Of a DNA stretch of 64,000 nucleotides, positions 63,801 to 64,000 are shown in pieces. The DNA comes from Rhodospirillales bacterium (lineage in GTDB: Bacteria; Pseudomonadota; Alphaproteobacteria; Bin95): positions 2,656,894-2,720,893 of the forward strand of contig JAYQLI010000035.1 of NCBI GenBank assembly GCA_038143065.1. The letters run 5' to 3'. The position numbers and the translations under genes are program-made. How positions within the stretch are numbered: position 1 is the first letter of the stretch; every line of letters starts with the position of its first letter. The notes beneath the pieces were generated by a model. The model was given only the letters and a program-made list of their open reading frames with translations, made no database searches and was not told the DNA's origin.

Positions 63801-64000
63801 TTTAATGCGGTTTGCCCCCCCATAGTAGGCAGCAGTGCGTCCGGTTTCTCCTTTTTGATAATTTTTTCAACCATCTCAGGAGTAATTGGTTCTATATAGG
63901 TAGCATCAGCGAACTCTGGATCCGTCATAATTGTGGCAGGATTGGAGTTTACTAATATTACCCTGTAACCCTCCTCCCTAAGCGCTTTGCAGGCTTGTGC
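60845..64000 (-). CDS. carB: Carbamoyl-phosphate synthase large subunit (5' end outside window)
   Basis: [54 protein letters not shown]; frame open to the window edge. Confidence 0.98.
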   Translation of the reverse strand, partial: AQACKALREEGYRVILVNSNPATIMTDPEFADATYIEPITPEMVEKIIKKEKPDALLPTMGGQTALNTALALADSGVLEKYGVELIGAKQEAIAKAEDRQLFRDAMDKIGLATPRSAVVKDMATAHEKMNEIGLPLIIRPSFTLGGAGGGIAYNSDEFDEIVRGGIDASPINEVLIEQSVLGWKEFEMEVVRDRADNCIIVCSIENIDPMGIHTGDSVTVAPALTLTDKEFQIMRNASIAVLREIGVDTGGSNVQFAVNPKNGDLVVIEMNPRVSRSSALASKATGFPIAKIAAKLAVGYTLDELQNDITRVTPASFEPTLDYVVVKIPRFTFEKFAGTQPLLTTSMKSVGEAMAIGRSFPEAYQKALRSMETGLSGLNEVKIEGAPAKDALIKALSQPVPDRGLLIAQAFRHGLSIEDAARASSYDPWFLGQIKMLVDVEAEVLASGLPQDAAGMARLKRLGFSDVRLAMLTKIKEEEVRQHRQRLGVKPVYKRIDTSAAEFQSTTAYMYSCYEDLNTGQPECEASPSSANKIMILGGGPNRIGQGIEFDYCCVHAAYALAEAGFETIMVNCNPETVSTDYDTSDRLYFEPLTTEDVLEIGGVEASNGRLLGAIVQFGGQTPLKLAAALEVEGIPILGTSPDAIDLAEDRKRFQQLLNDLNLKQPPNGTATNELEAEAIAEQIGYPVLLRPSYVLGGRAMEIVHNAEALRHYMRTAVQASGDNPVLVDRYLANAVEVDVDALGDGSDVRIAGVMEHIEEAGVHSGDSACALPPHSLRPETIEEISRQVINMGKALKVKGLMNAQFAVQTDTIDDSIFVLEVNPRASRTAPFVAKATGVPIAKLAARAMAGEKLDVLPPLNPAPDQIAVKEAVFPFARFPGVDILLGPEMKSTGEAMGLDVDFGRAFAKSQIGGGAVLPMEGTIFISVRNHDKPLLIGAAQQCIEMGFKILATEGTADFLNSSGVPATRINKVLEGRPHIVDAIKSSQVQMVINTSEGIESIRDSFSLRRAALLERVPYYTTAAGAIAAVQAISALKAGALEVRPLQSYFK

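Overview
Core chromosomal segment of an alphaproteobacterium, probably Rhodospirillales-like (inferred from gene order and protein sequences). Bases 1-29990 hold the complete contiguous translation/transcription supercluster: nusG-rplKAJL-rpoBC, rpsLG-fusA-tuf, the S10 and spc genes, secY-adk, and rpsMK-rpoA-rplQ. It carries recognisable L1 and L10 leaders, promoters and terminators. Bases 30000-64000 mix housekeeping loci (rlmJ, tRNA-Ala(CGC), SRP RNA, dnaX-ybaB-recR, J-domain-cobS-cobT, greA, carB) with small catabolic modules: a molybdopterin oxidoreductase, an amidohydrolase, a TPP-dependent E1 pair, a dehydrogenase/aldolase/TRAP group, a metallophosphoesterase/HAD pair, a YeeE/YedE pair, pcaF, an IlvD/Edd dehydratase and a CoA transferase. 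About 18 genes, including essential ones (rplK, rplA, rpoB, rplC, rplB, rplO), are broken by single-base indels, mostly in homopolymers, or by in-frame stops. This is best explained by sequencing or assembly error, so coordinates below are for the reconstructed genes. I saw no mobile element, CRISPR array, rRNA or defence system, and no clearly new biological system. The best leads are a probable metallophosphoesterase-HAD fusion facing an incomplete TRAP transporter, a divergent orphan E1 pair and a structured rpsL leader.
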